From Naegleria gruberi (taxonomy: Eukaryota), in assembly GCA_000004985.1 (NCBI GenBank), contig GG738900.1: DNA of 64,000 nucleotides. The stretch is one strand, 5' to 3'. The notes below the pieces were generated by a model that was not told the origin of the DNA, ran no database searches, and saw only the letters and a program-made list of their open reading frames with translations. The translations under genes were made by a program, and so were the position numbers. Each line of letters opens with the position of its first letter. Positions within the stretch are counted from its first letter, which is position 1. Below are positions 43,301-48,097 of the stretch, in pieces.

Positions 43301-43789
43301 TCCTTGGCTACTACATACCAGTGAGGAGTTTGACAATACACCAAAGCATTGAGTAACTTGGCAATCATCTCCAAAATAATTGGAACTACATTGACAATTA
43401 TTTAAATCTACACAAGCGCCATTACCAGAGCAAACTCTAGAGTCATTACTTAGAAGTTCATTACATTCAAAAACAGAACATAAAGGACCATAATAACCAC
43501 TATCACACAAACAATTATCTGGTGATTGGCAACCATGTCCTGACAATATTAACGGATTGATTTGTGGATATTCCAAGCATTCTATATATTCACAATTGTT
43601 GCCTGAATATCCTGTAAGGCAACTACAAGTCTCATCAGCTATACAAGTTCCGTTACCTGAGCAAACCAATAGATCGGTTGAATCCAACGAATTACAGGTA
43701 AAGGCTTGTACACACTTAGTTGAAAAAACTACTAAGAGCGTTACTAACACAACACACTTAATAAATAATGAGGTGTTGATTCCGCTCAT
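22310..43789 (-). CDS. Giant type-I transmembrane protein of at least 7,159 codons including the gap. Reading 5' to 3': a signal peptide; more than 100 tenascin/laminin-type EGF-like modules in several arrays; two copies of an uncharacterised ~250-aa Cys-poor module; a large S/T-rich extracellular stalk; one TM helix; a poly-Cys juxtamembrane patch; and a roughly 1,500-aa acidic repetitive cytoplasmic tail. The CDS is interrupted by assembly gap 36291..41235.
   Basis: The N-terminus MSGINTSLFIKCVVLVTLLVVFSTKCVQA is a signal peptide. The EGF unit is recurrent: 6-8 Cys per ~31-aa unit, such as CSGNGACVDLNNCQCSSNYFGNDCQVTQC. Module copy 1 spans about 41630-42380 and copy 2 about 35500-36290; both contain ...EPVVF[KR]APY[VI][NH]YY...CASYRNVFW...HGTV.... 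The TM and poly-Cys sequence is YVAALGAAAVIICGFSLTCLISCIILCRNRRRFAGFCCCCCCVH, at about 26560-26690. The tail carries repeated EEVDEGEDVYVVVESE-type motifs. The single ORF is in frame on both sides of the N run. Confidence 0.8.
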   Translation of the reverse strand: MSGINTSLFIKCVVLVTLLVVFSTKCVQAFTCNSLDSTDLLVCSGNGTCIADETCSCLTGYSGNNCEYIECLEYPQINPLILSGHGCQSPDNCLCDSGYYGPLCSVFECNELLSNDSRVCSGNGACVDLNNCQCSSNYFGDDCQVTQCFGVLSNSSLVCSSQGNCTALDKCLCTDGYSGNNCDEEIFTVHWCYGIGSNDSTVCSGNGACVDLNNCQCSSNYFGNDCQVTQCFGVLSNSSLVCNGQGNCTALDKCSCTDGYSGNNCDEEIFTVHWCYGIGSNDSTVCSGNGACVDLNNCQCSSNYFGNDCQVTQCFGVLSNSSLVCNGQGNCTALDKCLCTDGYSGNNCDEEIFTVHWCYGIGSNDSTVCSGNGDCIGSDNCNCLYGYYGDKCQHWNCSGVHFSNASVCTSLGNCTAPDSCSCVDNYFGSNCELTQCFSDDSNSPLVCSGHGTCISYNNCTCQTGFIGEACAVDIFAGYKLISSKPIMIARNSKKELQASFALPDIQVSHAYSPTTPVMYEPSGNDVVISKPQNDPMTELIIQEMEKKSMELLYMDCTHTINSQDELQNITVIKHGGVYCFPNGITIKDHIFIIHGLEPVVFKAPYVNYYNAVFYYLLCASYRNVFWLTWDYGRNGNFFSGNVHGTVVGMAPYHQIEIYDTIQGALWFMGGTQMLLFDVTFTPPITFNGYEPYINEQCLLTFCFNSKSIVEDGCSNNGYCIGNNTCLCLPDQYGQDCSIAMCNGTLGTESSVCSNGHGACIAKDTCSCYPNYNGTWCEWTTCADIEYNSPDVCSGRGSCDFYNNCTCNSTFGYGGFNCEIPICNGLTGVCTKDRRGICYRPDLCNCTENYYGXXXXXXXXXXXXXXXXXXXXXXXXXXXXXXXXXXXXXXXXXXXXXXXXXXXXXXXXXXXXXXXXXXXXXXXXXXXXXXXXXXXXXXXXXXXXXXXXXXXXXXXXXXXXXXXXXXXXXXXXXXXXXXXXXXXXXXXXXXXXXXXXXXXXXXXXXXXXXXXXXXXXXXXXXXXXXXXXXXXXXXXXXXXXXXXXXXXXXXXXXXXXXXXXXXXXXXXXXXXXXXXXXXXXXXXXXXXXXXXXXXXXXXXXXXXXXXXXXXXXXXXXXXXXXXXXXXXXXXXXXXXXXXXXXXXXXXXXXXXXXXXXXXXXXXXXXXXXXXXXXXXXXXXXXXXXXXXXXXXXXXXXXXXXXXXXXXXXXXXXXXXXXXXXXXXXXXXXXXXXXXXXXXXXXXXXXXXXXXXXXXXXXXXXXXXXXXXXXXXXXXXXXXXXXXXXXXXXXXXXXXXXXXXXXXXXXXXXXXXXXXXXXXXXXXXXXXXXXXXXXXXXXXXXXXXXXXXXXXXXXXXXXXXXXXXXXXXXXXXXXXXXXXXXXXXXXXXXXXXXXXXXXXXXXXXXXXXXXXXXXXXXXXXXXXXXXXXXXXXXXXXXXXXXXXXXXXXXXXXXXXXXXXXXXXXXXXXXXXXXXXXXXXXXXXXXXXXXXXXXXXXXXXXXXXXXXXXXXXXXXXXXXXXXXXXXXXXXXXXXXXXXXXXXXXXXXXXXXXXXXXXXXXXXXXXXXXXXXXXXXXXXXXXXXXXXXXXXXXXXXXXXXXXXXXXXXXXXXXXXXXXXXXXXXXXXXXXXXXXXXXXXXXXXXXXXXXXXXXXXXXXXXXXXXXXXXXXXXXXXXXXXXXXXXXXXXXXXXXXXXXXXXXXXXXXXXXXXXXXXXXXXXXXXXXXXXXXXXXXXXXXXXXXXXXXXXXXXXXXXXXXXXXXXXXXXXXXXXXXXXXXXXXXXXXXXXXXXXXXXXXXXXXXXXXXXXXXXXXXXXXXXXXXXXXXXXXXXXXXXXXXXXXXXXXXXXXXXXXXXXXXXXXXXXXXXXXXXXXXXXXXXXXXXXXXXXXXXXXXXXXXXXXXXXXXXXXXXXXXXXXXXXXXXXXXXXXXXXXXXXXXXXXXXXXXXXXXXXXXXXXXXXXXXXXXXXXXXXXXXXXXXXXXXXXXXXXXXXXXXXXXXXXXXXXXXXXXXXXXXXXXXXXXXXXXXXXXXXXXXXXXXXXXXXXXXXXXXXXXXXXXXXXXXXXXXXXXXXXXXXXXXXXXXXXXXXXXXXXXXXXXXXXXXXXXXXXXXXXXXXXXXXXXXXXXXXXXXXXXXXXXXXXXXXXXXXXXXXXXXXXXXXXXXXXXXXXXXXXXXXXXXXXXXXXXXXXXXXXXXXXXXXXXXXXXXXXXXXXXXXXXXXXXXXXXXXXXXXXXXXXXXXXXXXXXXXXXXXXXXXXXXXXXXXXXXXXXXXXXXXXXXXXXXXXXXXXXXXXXXXXXXXXXXXXXXXXXXXXXXXXXXXXXXXXXXXXXXXXXXXXXXXXXXXXXXXXXXXXXXXXXXXXXXXXXXXXXXXXXXXXXXXXXXXXXXXXXXXXXXXXXXXXXXXXXXXXXXXXXXXXXXXXXXXXXXXXXXXXXXXXXXXXXXXXXXXXXXXXXXXXXXXXXXXXXXXXXXXXXXXXXXXXXXXXXXXXXXXXXXXXXXXXXXXLFLRGGYAGAECESDIFACYKMISNKPALLAKNSLANSVLTASIAIPSQVITPPTFLFPDPVYPYVGNGSYGITYTYDEFGKNLVDEVGKRVDELNTLPCDFIINNPDSLGKLIIVEFGGVYCLRDSWLIEGHKFVIVGTEPVVFRAPYIHYYGAEFKYEKCASYRNVFWSTYYFGNTVSDWILSTTLHGNVFVNHVHGTVIAKYGQEFWVAGKIHGAVWVHSEELGQVTLQEASFDAPITCDPKEPYVNSECLDIFSCYLIDHHSNLTCAGKGQCIDYNKCICKEDSYGDDCSVSICYGVYGNETYVCSGHGNCAGRDKCVCDFGYYGQMCQFTTCNGINNTSPLACNKRGVCEFYNNCTCNLTLGYGGPDCEIPICNGLVGLCSGAGRGDCISPNNCSCADGYYGKWCEITTCYGVESTNSSVCGEKGNCTAFDKCSCLEGYYGHTCQDFECFGISRLSNETCSGKGSCVNYDTCVCQPEFYGINCEVTSCNDIYSNETKSCSGHGKCVGLDTCNCTQNYYGPWCELTTCFGIEATNHSTVCSGRGSCSRFDVCSCLDGYYGPRCEFTSCDSISSNSTEVCNGVGTCIDLDICVCPNTYSGDFCEITSCFGVPTNIPSVCSGRGFCTHLDICNCDETLGYEGSNCEIPICNGIPAVNSTVCSSHGSCTGADHCSCDTGYFGSNCENTTCGGVSSTSHQVCSRHGFCATYNNCTCNLGYSGSICSVFSCRGTMNTEKAVCSGRGNCSDIDTCVCLSDAYGDDCSISKCNGTFSNFTNIVCSSRGHCIGTDSCNCTEGYYGKFCERTSCYGVDMANKSVCSGRGLCSDYNQCNCSEGYYGDNCQYHTCFGLNNTESKVCSGHGLCSRTDECKCASNYFGLNCSVTICNAVLSNETMVCSGRGECLSPNQCSCREGYYGDYCQVTNCYSIASNQSQLVCSGRGQCSDMNTCICDPDAYGPDCSLYKCNGALSNESIVCSGRGQCIETDHCNCTENNYGQFCQVTSCFGIPSNQTDLTCSGKGVCAQFNSCQCFENSFGSDCSEFKCFEILNVNLTACHSRGSCMSTNNCSCFLNYLGDECELTSCNSILSNDTNVCSGKGQCADFDSCACDEGYYGDNCEYFNCNGIEHLNSSVCSSRGHCTSYEKCECDEGYFGNNCQFFTCNSVNHTESTVCSSRGECSSYNNCTCRDNYFGNDCELTTCGSIQSNDSKVCSSKGSCMDYNICNCSAGYYGSECENFNCFGVSKFSNSTCSGRGDCIDGNTCVCMANMFGPMCEVTICDGILSNDSSVCSGHGSCVDVNDCDCDTNYYGSTCEVTTCNGVSSNTSSVCSGFGKCASFDRCQCEEHYNGNDCQYFTCNGVNHTETTVCSSRGECSSFNNCSCRDNYFGDTCELTTCGSIQSNNSKVCTSRGNCSDFNTCNCSSINYFGTECELVQCFGVLNTNSSVCYSKGICVDYDVCDCENGYFGGECQFFTCGGINSTNSSVCSSRGECSSFNNCSCRDNYFGDTCELTTCGTVNSNNPYVCSGKGKCIDYNTCVCKYGYFGDICEHYSCFNITEGEPLVCSGRGNCTNFGDCKCRENYMDLACDVTSCHGVLSNDTNVCSGKGQCADFDSCACDEGYYGDNCEYFNCNGIEHLNSSVCSTHGKCTSYEKCECDEGYFGNDCQFFTCNSVNHTESTVCSSRGECSSYNNCSCRDNYFGSTCELTTCGSVQSNNSKVCTSRGNCSDFNICECKSDFYGPVCEFYDCNGIEHLNSSVCSTYGKCTIPEVCICKEGYFGNDCQYFTCNGVNHTETTVCSSRGECSSFNNCSCRDNYFGDTCELTTCGSVQSNDSTVCTSRGNCSDFNICECKSDFYGPVCEFYDCNGIEHLNSSVCSTHGKCTSYEKCECDEGYFGNDCQFFTCNYVNHTESNSCSARGECSSYNNCTCFTNYWGVDCQLTSCGNVQSNETTVCSSRGQCIDFNNCSCDEGYYGPTCEFYTCNNVEHLNNSVCSGRGKCSEYSNCTCDTGYYGVNCEFYTCLEGNNTDPSVCSGRGVCASYNNCSCRPHYFGNDCALTTCGNVRSNNNSVCSRRGQCIDYNNCSCVDTYYGSTCQEYDCFGVSRNVKSVCSGKGKCVDIDTCNCKTGYNGTNCEIMIMYGTCKKEINCTNHGECLISGACECYTDYSQGFWTGFTCNKCDQDYYGELCATKVVGPAVFSSDFRGLIFNLYVPDSYTKIDIPCSYLLSETDINRNLFGTLSNLKCQFIDRTNNLFIISFGSMDYTLQPEIDTININTLVIDRINHVTQQNYYVQIDVAMPSNIWPTAVISTLDEFYSSCDDITIDGSMSHSEDGKSLHYYWNLLDSTTYQVFYSNFANSPFIKLQNSSLLPGSYLVSLQVESTFARKNSSIVYSNVFTKASKPIPSIYVPITHQEKDASQFPVYFKKTVSESSCKSQKSAVKWEQLTGPIIDYQVDTFGNLYIPSISTFGYQTYTFLVTAFYPSYPQLNTTSIVTLITKPIDMVLSIIQREARKNYTIIDVEYSDPESTYHTGITEQWTWTCLENSNQTLLEFLFNISKDRSTEFTIESKIFNETVPSYITLTLTIEKSDGRSISATTVVYFVNVPPIVNIVDVEPKTYVIQGQTVTIQTYTSSDPSLTRTNLTINSKNKGIVDSSTINIDTSEFEEGTNNTVVITAYDPNTGASTSTTYTFEVATSPKPCLCTINPPEGIAQQTDFQFYCTNCKDDANHIDYVYGFIDDRSGAKLPLYSLGEVYSSKLPAPFTGSILTCYFEVINTLTGASTTTYTNITIDKPFVQQVEEVQTTIIAWADAGQSYILEGEYSKSIYQSSSSSRTGSVMLEETISDTIQHSSSSSSLECINGVDIAGSCKCKDEWIGQYCDIEVKDFNNIQLSKIHALDDMNNIANATGTVSVEYLSLLSFAVDSMLLNYPYLTSVTVDRSLYTLNTFLTFSLSDPSLKLTSGMNIMLDGCIRSAYYYVVDKQYLIDQKVNSRRLLLTLKMTSYLMARGMSAGRLKKGYQGPFFHVVIGKSTLNDYPTYVQEPITQTSIDVLSGFFEFEVSKLSYLVKKPFIYVLCVSEDIYSLNSQLKQSKKITSASSFSNANTLANLISPIVSVEFIDVATPINENDIIYTIPLNFSKVETEIIHDVLDFTTVSETYTCGDFEDGSSLIRTECSLVAPISRNDTFAKCRCKQFTNVFVLQTSTVIYYSYTYVAALGAAAVIICGFSLTCLISCIILCRNRRRFAGFCCCCCCVHKEEVVVGGSTESDISYDEEEEMKIQQIAIKTQAAEEYNEETEVEMEVMNKQGLKVEEPFVAYRPLKKTGRSMRKVQIVPGDAKLVQQTTGGKNKVLPLLGGTLVDLNENQYEETEEKEEKEVNVKNSNGSIWDLKDDEETFEEKKNKMTMQSINPYAKQNYTEETEVQPNVVQSFTPRLSKKSNIIQGERDVSMQHSVTEDEDESLVEETDDLRRSSNSVKLVKEGLVNEFAYANGRVKDEHEEESSVELVDEKDFVQRGTKPKPAKLSSLNPFSMGSTEDECEEMEESSIFRKTEQNEEKTMDDLLFNKPIKVSSQILKDKNTEEKEVVNHRAPEFAPTQVKIPRTSTETKSQTMRGDVFSETNQTEEKEVVNHSRAPEFAQTKSPRVLQSNKAQTIRGDLFGEKSVTTVDENANLITGSDVSSKPIGKVPEKKHISSANTETLKGELYANSKEEKEVVNHSRALEVAQPKSPRVLPSNKSQTMRGDVFSETKQTEEKEVVNHSKTPEFVQPRVLQSNKAQTLRGELFSEKEKKQVVETTPEEVKPSKPRSYVAPKSQTVQGQVYIDEEEEEEKSLQNVVLNNKSAPRVTSNQSSSRPQSHGSPRLPTRRTRVQSASKETRDVELNSTTSSRPSSVNSQTVRGQVYTEEEKIVKASPLNVVQEEENKKMLQSLYGDMFAANKFEESVVNKKFTSEETRPQVSNKSAASEEVDEDVYIVAESEQAKKYAPPVQEDIMQNKPIKVSSKYIGDSSENSVVNRSKPPLSFDEEPTQPAVRSSPLSHRESIMATATESKDEGEDVFVVVESEEKKMKPVSKPKESKQKIPTSNLSGMQAQSMQQNVTNSVEEDEGEDVFVVVESEEKSKKRSNKKSKNGKSSTKSSQEKSVVNRSKPPVSLDEEQVHQSNSTSGSRKLQKSSNQQSSELNMAAQKTSTQQSGASEEVDEGEDVYIVVESQEASSKRKPEKSKSSKSSKTLPNSSSNNESSFEENTVVNRSKPPMSFEEEKNEDMMLQTLSSGMFERNVGSVVNKKEEVDEGEDVYVVVESEAKEKRKKSSAWQALKDMKKNKMSMRDAANALITKEGRSSDYTQEDQLSTYQSTNSMISSRSAASINMTSNMVAQKTSTQQSGASEEVDEGEDVYIVVESQEASSKRKPEKSKSTRFSSQEKTVVNSSKSIEASESGKMVSQSSSQQVVSSSNGQQVAQEDDEAEDVYVVVEETGVEKKRMPFGWQALKGMKSKTSMREAVKGAFGSKQSSSTITTTENSNSSAVSGQTVITSSQQAISSSNIVTKQTSSSTVTNHSSSSSSTVVTGSTQHVVSSNISTQQVAQDDDEAEDVYVVVEEVQNTRAAIPRLDTKKSFFTRNKKTDPEQNNETEGNDLQSVGELQSIKSSFFGKPSFLKRK
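22480..25620. repeat. Imperfect tandem repeats encoding the cytoplasmic tail of the giant gene. There are about 8 copies of a 150-370-bp unit encoding ...EEVDEGEDVYVVVESE..., and about 6 copies of a unit encoding QT[IML][RK]G[DEQ][VL][FY]...EEKEVVNHSRAPEF.
   Basis: The DNA motif tcaacaacaa(c/t)ataaacatcttc(t/c)(g/c)cttcatca recurs at about 22490, 22870, 23095, 23390, 23670, 23945, 24110 and 24370; the 23090 and 23660 copies are identical over 80 nt or more. The protein-level repeats are visible in the 7,159-aa translation. Confidence 0.75.
30665..32430. repeat. Intragenic segmental duplication of EGF-module coding blocks, about 1.29 kb apart.
   Basis: Near-identical stretches of at least 180 nt occur at about 30820-31005 and 32110-32295, where the ORF track shows identical 61-aa reverse-frame ORFs. 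Further duplicated protein blocks occur downstream (VTSCHGVLSNDTNVCSGKGQCADFDSCACDEGYYGDNCEYFNCNGIEHLNSSVCS... twice, FTCNGVNHTETTVCSSRGECSSFNNCSCRDNYFGDTCELTTCG... three times). Confidence 0.7.
36291..41235. other. Assembly gap (4,945 N) inside the giant EGF-repeat gene.
   Basis: An unbroken run of n. The flanking sequence is highly repetitive EGF-module coding DNA, so the gap likely reflects repeat collapse. The ORF-track X-runs through the gap are artefacts. Confidence 0.99.
42680..43430. repeat. Three tandem, near-identical 249-bp repeats, each encoding an 83-aa double-EGF unit, inside the giant gene.
   Basis: The motif accagagcaaacagttgaatcgtttgatcctatacc recurs at 42678, 42926 and 43175, a period of 249 bp. 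The protein unit EEIFTVHWCYGIGSNDSTVCSGNGACVDLNNCQCSSNYFGNDCQVTQCFGVLSNSSLVCNGQGNCTALDKC[SL]CTDGYSGNNCD is repeated three times with one or two substitutions. Confidence 0.9.
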
Positions 43790-44410
43790 TTTGAGTACGT
43801 TTTCTTAGTTATTGTTATTATTATTATTAGTATCGTTAATAAAATTAAGCGTTTTTTACGTTTCTACGTTGTTGCGTTTTTTGTTTTTTTGCAAGGGTCC
43901 TTAATTGTTGCACATTCAATCATGGCGGGCACGTATCTATTATTAAACCTAGCCTTATTCATGTGGAGTGTTCTTCATAAGAACCCTTAGATGAAACATG
44001 TTTCCATCTCCTTTTGGACAGCATCTTGTTTTGTTAACCGTTATTACCAAGACTTGGCAGTTGAACAATTTATGGGAATGAATACTAAAATCGGCCACTT
44101 TGATGCCATTTTAATTATTGTGAAATGTCTCTTTTGAATTTTTTATAATATTAATAAATATATGAAATTTAAAACTCATATTTTGTTAACATAAACCTTT
44201 CAAAAGAACACAATCAATATAATTTTCTTCATCATCCTGGAAGATGGAGTTGAAGATATTCCGATAGTAATGCACACGCTCCACAATAGTATGAATTAAA
44301 TGACCAGTTTCACCAACGAGACTCATTTTCTTTTTTTTGAACCAATGATGCTTGAATATTAGTTGATCAACAGAAAAAATAAAAGCAACACAAAAGAAGA
44401 TTACAACATC

Positions 44411-46272
44411 ATGTTCAACACAAGAGCAACTATTGTTGCTGCTGCTTCTCTAACAAGACTTGTCGTAAAATCCAAAGGTTCATTCTCCAACTCTACCAGA
44501 GCCTCACCAACAAAATTACTATTATTGAATGGAGGTTCTCAACAAACGACCAGTCGATCGGCTACTAATACAACCTCACCTGCGTCATCATCATCATCAT
44601 CGGAACAAACAATTCCATCTTCATGTCCTTATCATCAAAAGGATGCAACTTCCAACAAGGAAGAAGTAAAACCTCAACCATGGACTGAAGTGCCAGGACC
44701 AAAGCCATTGCCACTGATTGGTAATTTGATTCAAGTTCAAACCAATTCTAAAAACATGTCAGAATATTTAATGACACTATGTAAACAATATGGAGATTTA
44801 GTTAAATTGACTGTTTTTAATTTTAACATGTTGATGATTGCTAATCCACATTTATTAGGAGAATTATATAAAAAGGAAGAAAGAAGAAATGAAGTTGACA
44901 GTTTTAGACATTACAAATTGAAGAAGGGTCAAATTCTTACTCCAGTTGAAATGAGATATGATGAAGATTGGTATTCTATTCGTCAGCTTTATAACATTGC
45001 AATGAAACCAGAATATCAAGAAACCATTACACTTCCTCAATTATCTGAATTGAATGGAGACTTCATGAGAAGATTGATTAAGAGTTTGCAATCTGTCAAA
45101 GGAAGTGAAGCATTCAAATATGTCAACAGTTCAGAAACTAATTCAAGATATGCCTTTGATGTTGTCATGAAGGTCTTTCTTGTAAGTTCTATTCCAAAAT
45201 ATTTAAATATTTATATTTTAATACTAATTGAAATAATGTAGGGTGTGAAAATGACAGATGAAGTGACAAGCACTCTTCCATTCGATATTAATGAATTTGT
45301 CAATTATACTGTCCATGCCACTGATGTTGCTGTTAGATTGACAACCAAATTCCCAATGTACAAATATTACAGGACTCAAGAGTATAAAAGTTTTGAAAAT
45401 TTAATGGATAAATCATCAGAATATGCAAGATATTGCATTCAAAGATTCAAAACCAATCCATCTCAAAACGCCAGATTATTAGAATTGATTGAGGAAAGAG
45501 CTAAAGATCAAGATAGACCAGATGAAAGAGTTGAAAGCGTCTTGATGCAATTTTTACAAGGTGGTGTCGATATCACTGTTAGAATTATGAATAATTGCTT
45601 CCATAGATTAGCTCACCATCCTGAATGCCAAGAAAAGATTTATAAGGAATCTGTAGCAGTTTTTGGTGAACCATCATTGGAAGAAGTTACATCTGAAGAT
45701 GGACTTTCTATCAATTTGGAGCAGTACAAAAAGCTCAAGTATACCAAACACTTTATTGATGAGGTATTAAGATTGAATGCATTTGGTTATCTCACCATGG
45801 GAAGAAAATTGGATCAGGATACCGAAATTGGAGGATATATGATTCCAAAGGACACAATGATTCTTGCAATGCAAAGATGGGCAACTCTCAAAGATGAATT
45901 TGTTCCTCGTGGAGAAGAATTCATTCCAGAACGTCATGAAAAGGGTTCTCCATTAGCACCAGTCAATAATTTTGTTTCGCTACCGTAAGTAGTAGTTTGT
46001 TGTGGAATATCCCAATAATTTTCTAATATGAAAGATTTGGAGTTGGAGCTCGTAAGTGTCCTGGTTCACGTGTAGCAACCACAGAACTGCTCATTGGAAT
46101 TATCAATGCTGTCAGACATTTCCAGTTGTGCAACAATAATCTAGCATCATTCCCACCATCTTCTTTTGATCAATCCTTGCTTTATATTGATTCTGAAAAG
46201 TATCCACTTTATTTCACACCAAGAGATCATGTTAAGGAATTTGTAGAAAAGAACTCCAAGGTGTCTCAATAA
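44411..46272 (+). CDS. Cytochrome P450 monooxygenase, about 583 aa, with three exons: 44411..45181, 45242..45984 and 46035..46272. The N-terminal extension is presequence-like and S/T-rich.
   Basis: PGPKPLPLIGNL is a proline-rich hinge. QGGVDITV is the I-helix oxygen-binding motif, DEVLRL the K-helix ExxR and FIPERH the PERF motif. The haem-binding loop FGVGARKCPG is reconstituted across intron 2, where ...NFVSL-P(cc|a)-FGVGARKCPGSR forms only after splicing with a phase-2 split codon. The ORF track starts at TTG 44363, and the first in-frame ATG is 44411. Confidence 0.85.
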
Positions 46273-46344
46273 CAAAGCAGCAAGGCCAAATAATCTAGTG
46301 TTCCCTCTTGTTGGTGGAATCAATCATTCGAACAATAAATGTGT

Positions 46345-48097
46345 TTATTTGTCAAGAATCTTTAAAGGAAGTTTGCCCTTCCATTCTGCAAACTTTTCCA
46401 GTAGCGGCATCATGTGAATAAGAATGAGAGAGAACATTCTAGTCTTCTTCCAAGCATCATGAGGATCCACCAAAATATCCTTCGAAATGTGTGGTTTCTT
46501 TGGTCTTGGGAAGTTGACACCAGTTGCAGCTCCTAAAATATCACCAACTGGATGTCTGGTCTTTTCTTGGTATTTGAGCAATTTAACAACCATATCACAA
46601 CTACTTGTAATTAAGCAACCTTAATAATAATCATATTAAGTATTAAATATTCATAAATACTTACCTGCACCATAACGTGGTTGACCCAATCCAATATAAA
46701 TCAAATTCTTTCTATTTGGAACAAAGATACCATGAATTAACTTTGGATATCCAAATTCAGTCTTTGTAACAAAATTATCCAACAATGGTACTGATGTAAA
46801 GTAACCAGTACAACAAACGATAACATCAAATTCCCTCTCTTCACCATTCTTGAATTCAACCTTATTTCCTCCTTTGAAACATTTGATATCTCCGTGTGGA
46901 TGAATTTCACCTAACTTTAAATATTGCAACAATTCAGAGTTAATAGTTGGGTGAGTTTCAAAGAGTCTGTGAGTTGGTGTTGGAATACCATAGTCCTTTT
47001 CATAGTCCAAACCAGTTGTAATTTTCAAAATCAATGTAAAGATTATTTGTTGAAGACGGAGTGGCAAATAAGGAATGATCAATTCAACAGATGGTTTACC
47101 AAATAAAGTTCTTGGTAAAAAGTAATAACCTCTTCTGATAGAAATGTGACTTTCCTTACCATATCTTGCAGCTTCAACAGCAACATCACAAGCACTGTTT
47201 CCTCCACCAATGACCAAAACACGTTTATCCTTAAAGATTGAAGGTTCCTTATAATCCTTACTGTGAATTAAGAGTCCAGTAAATTTGGATTGACCTTCAT
47301 AAGATGGCATTCTTCTACACCAATGGTGACCATTATTAATAATAACACCCTTATAGATACGTGTGAATTTTTGACCATTCTTTTCAAATTCAACCTTATA
47401 TTCAGAATCCTTATTCTCAACAGGTTCAATACTATTAACAGTAGTTTCCAATGATAATCTTTCAGCAATTCTGTAATGTTTACAATAATCATGGAAATAT
47501 TCCATCATTTGACGACAGGATGGGAATTGAGGGAATGAAGAAGGCATTGGATAATCTTTGAATTCAGTTGTCAATCTACTACTAATGATGTGTGTCGATT
47601 CATAAACTCCAACACTCCAATTACCTCCGATAACATTATTAGTATCTAATGAACAGAGTTAATTTTTCCATGAAATTTAAAAAGATTAACATTCGTGTGT
47701 GAATAAAATTATTCGATAATAATAATTAGAAACCTACCGACAATATCAAAAGGAATACCATAACGAGTCAATGTGGCACTACTTCCCAAACCACTGAATC
47801 CACAACCAACAATTAAAAATTTGTTTTCTAAATTAATTTAAATCATCAAATCATCAAATCATCATCGGATCATGAAAATATATTAATATTGATAAATTGA
47901 TTATAGTTTGAAAACATACCAGTCTTTTCGAATGGAGCATCACTGAAAATTTCATCATACTTGCTTCTATCGTAGTGGAATGGAAATTCAGTTGGAGGAC
48001 ATTTCACTGGATCTGACCAGTAGAAAATCAAATCACTCCAATAAAGCAAGTAGAGTCCCAATAGAGAGATGGCAATGCAGCCAAGAAGTATTAACAT
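46345..48097 (-). CDS. Flavin-containing monooxygenase (FMO-like, class B flavoprotein), about 507 aa, with four exons: 47920..48097, 47738..47827, 46665..47645 and 46345..46619.
   Basis: Exon 1 encodes an N-terminal membrane anchor (MLILLGCIAISLLGLYLLYW...). Exon 2 carries the FAD GxGxxG motif (KFLIVGCGFSGLGSS). Exon 3 carries DTNNVIGGNW (FMO-identifying-like), the NADPH GxGxxG/A motif (VLVIGGGNSACDVAVEAA) and IVCCTGY (FATGY-type motif). The donors are GTATGT, GTAGGT and GTAAGT, and every junction restores the frame. Confidence 0.8.

Noticed and set aside
22310-43789. Highly periodic repeats that could superficially resemble a CRISPR array or other prokaryotic repeat locus.
   Set aside because: The repeats are in-frame coding units of 93-249 bp for EGF modules, not 28-37-bp direct repeats with unique spacers. 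The whole window is eukaryotic, with introns, tRNAs with eukaryotic features and poly-N tracts. No CRISPR or prokaryotic defence system is present.
44190-44330. Small minus-strand ORF (MSLVGETGHLIHTIVERVHYYRNIFNSIFQDDEENYIDCVLLKGLC) in the P450 promoter region.
   Set aside because: It is only 46 codons with no splice signal extending it and no recognisable family. It is most likely spurious, although it could be the first exon of an unannotated small gene.
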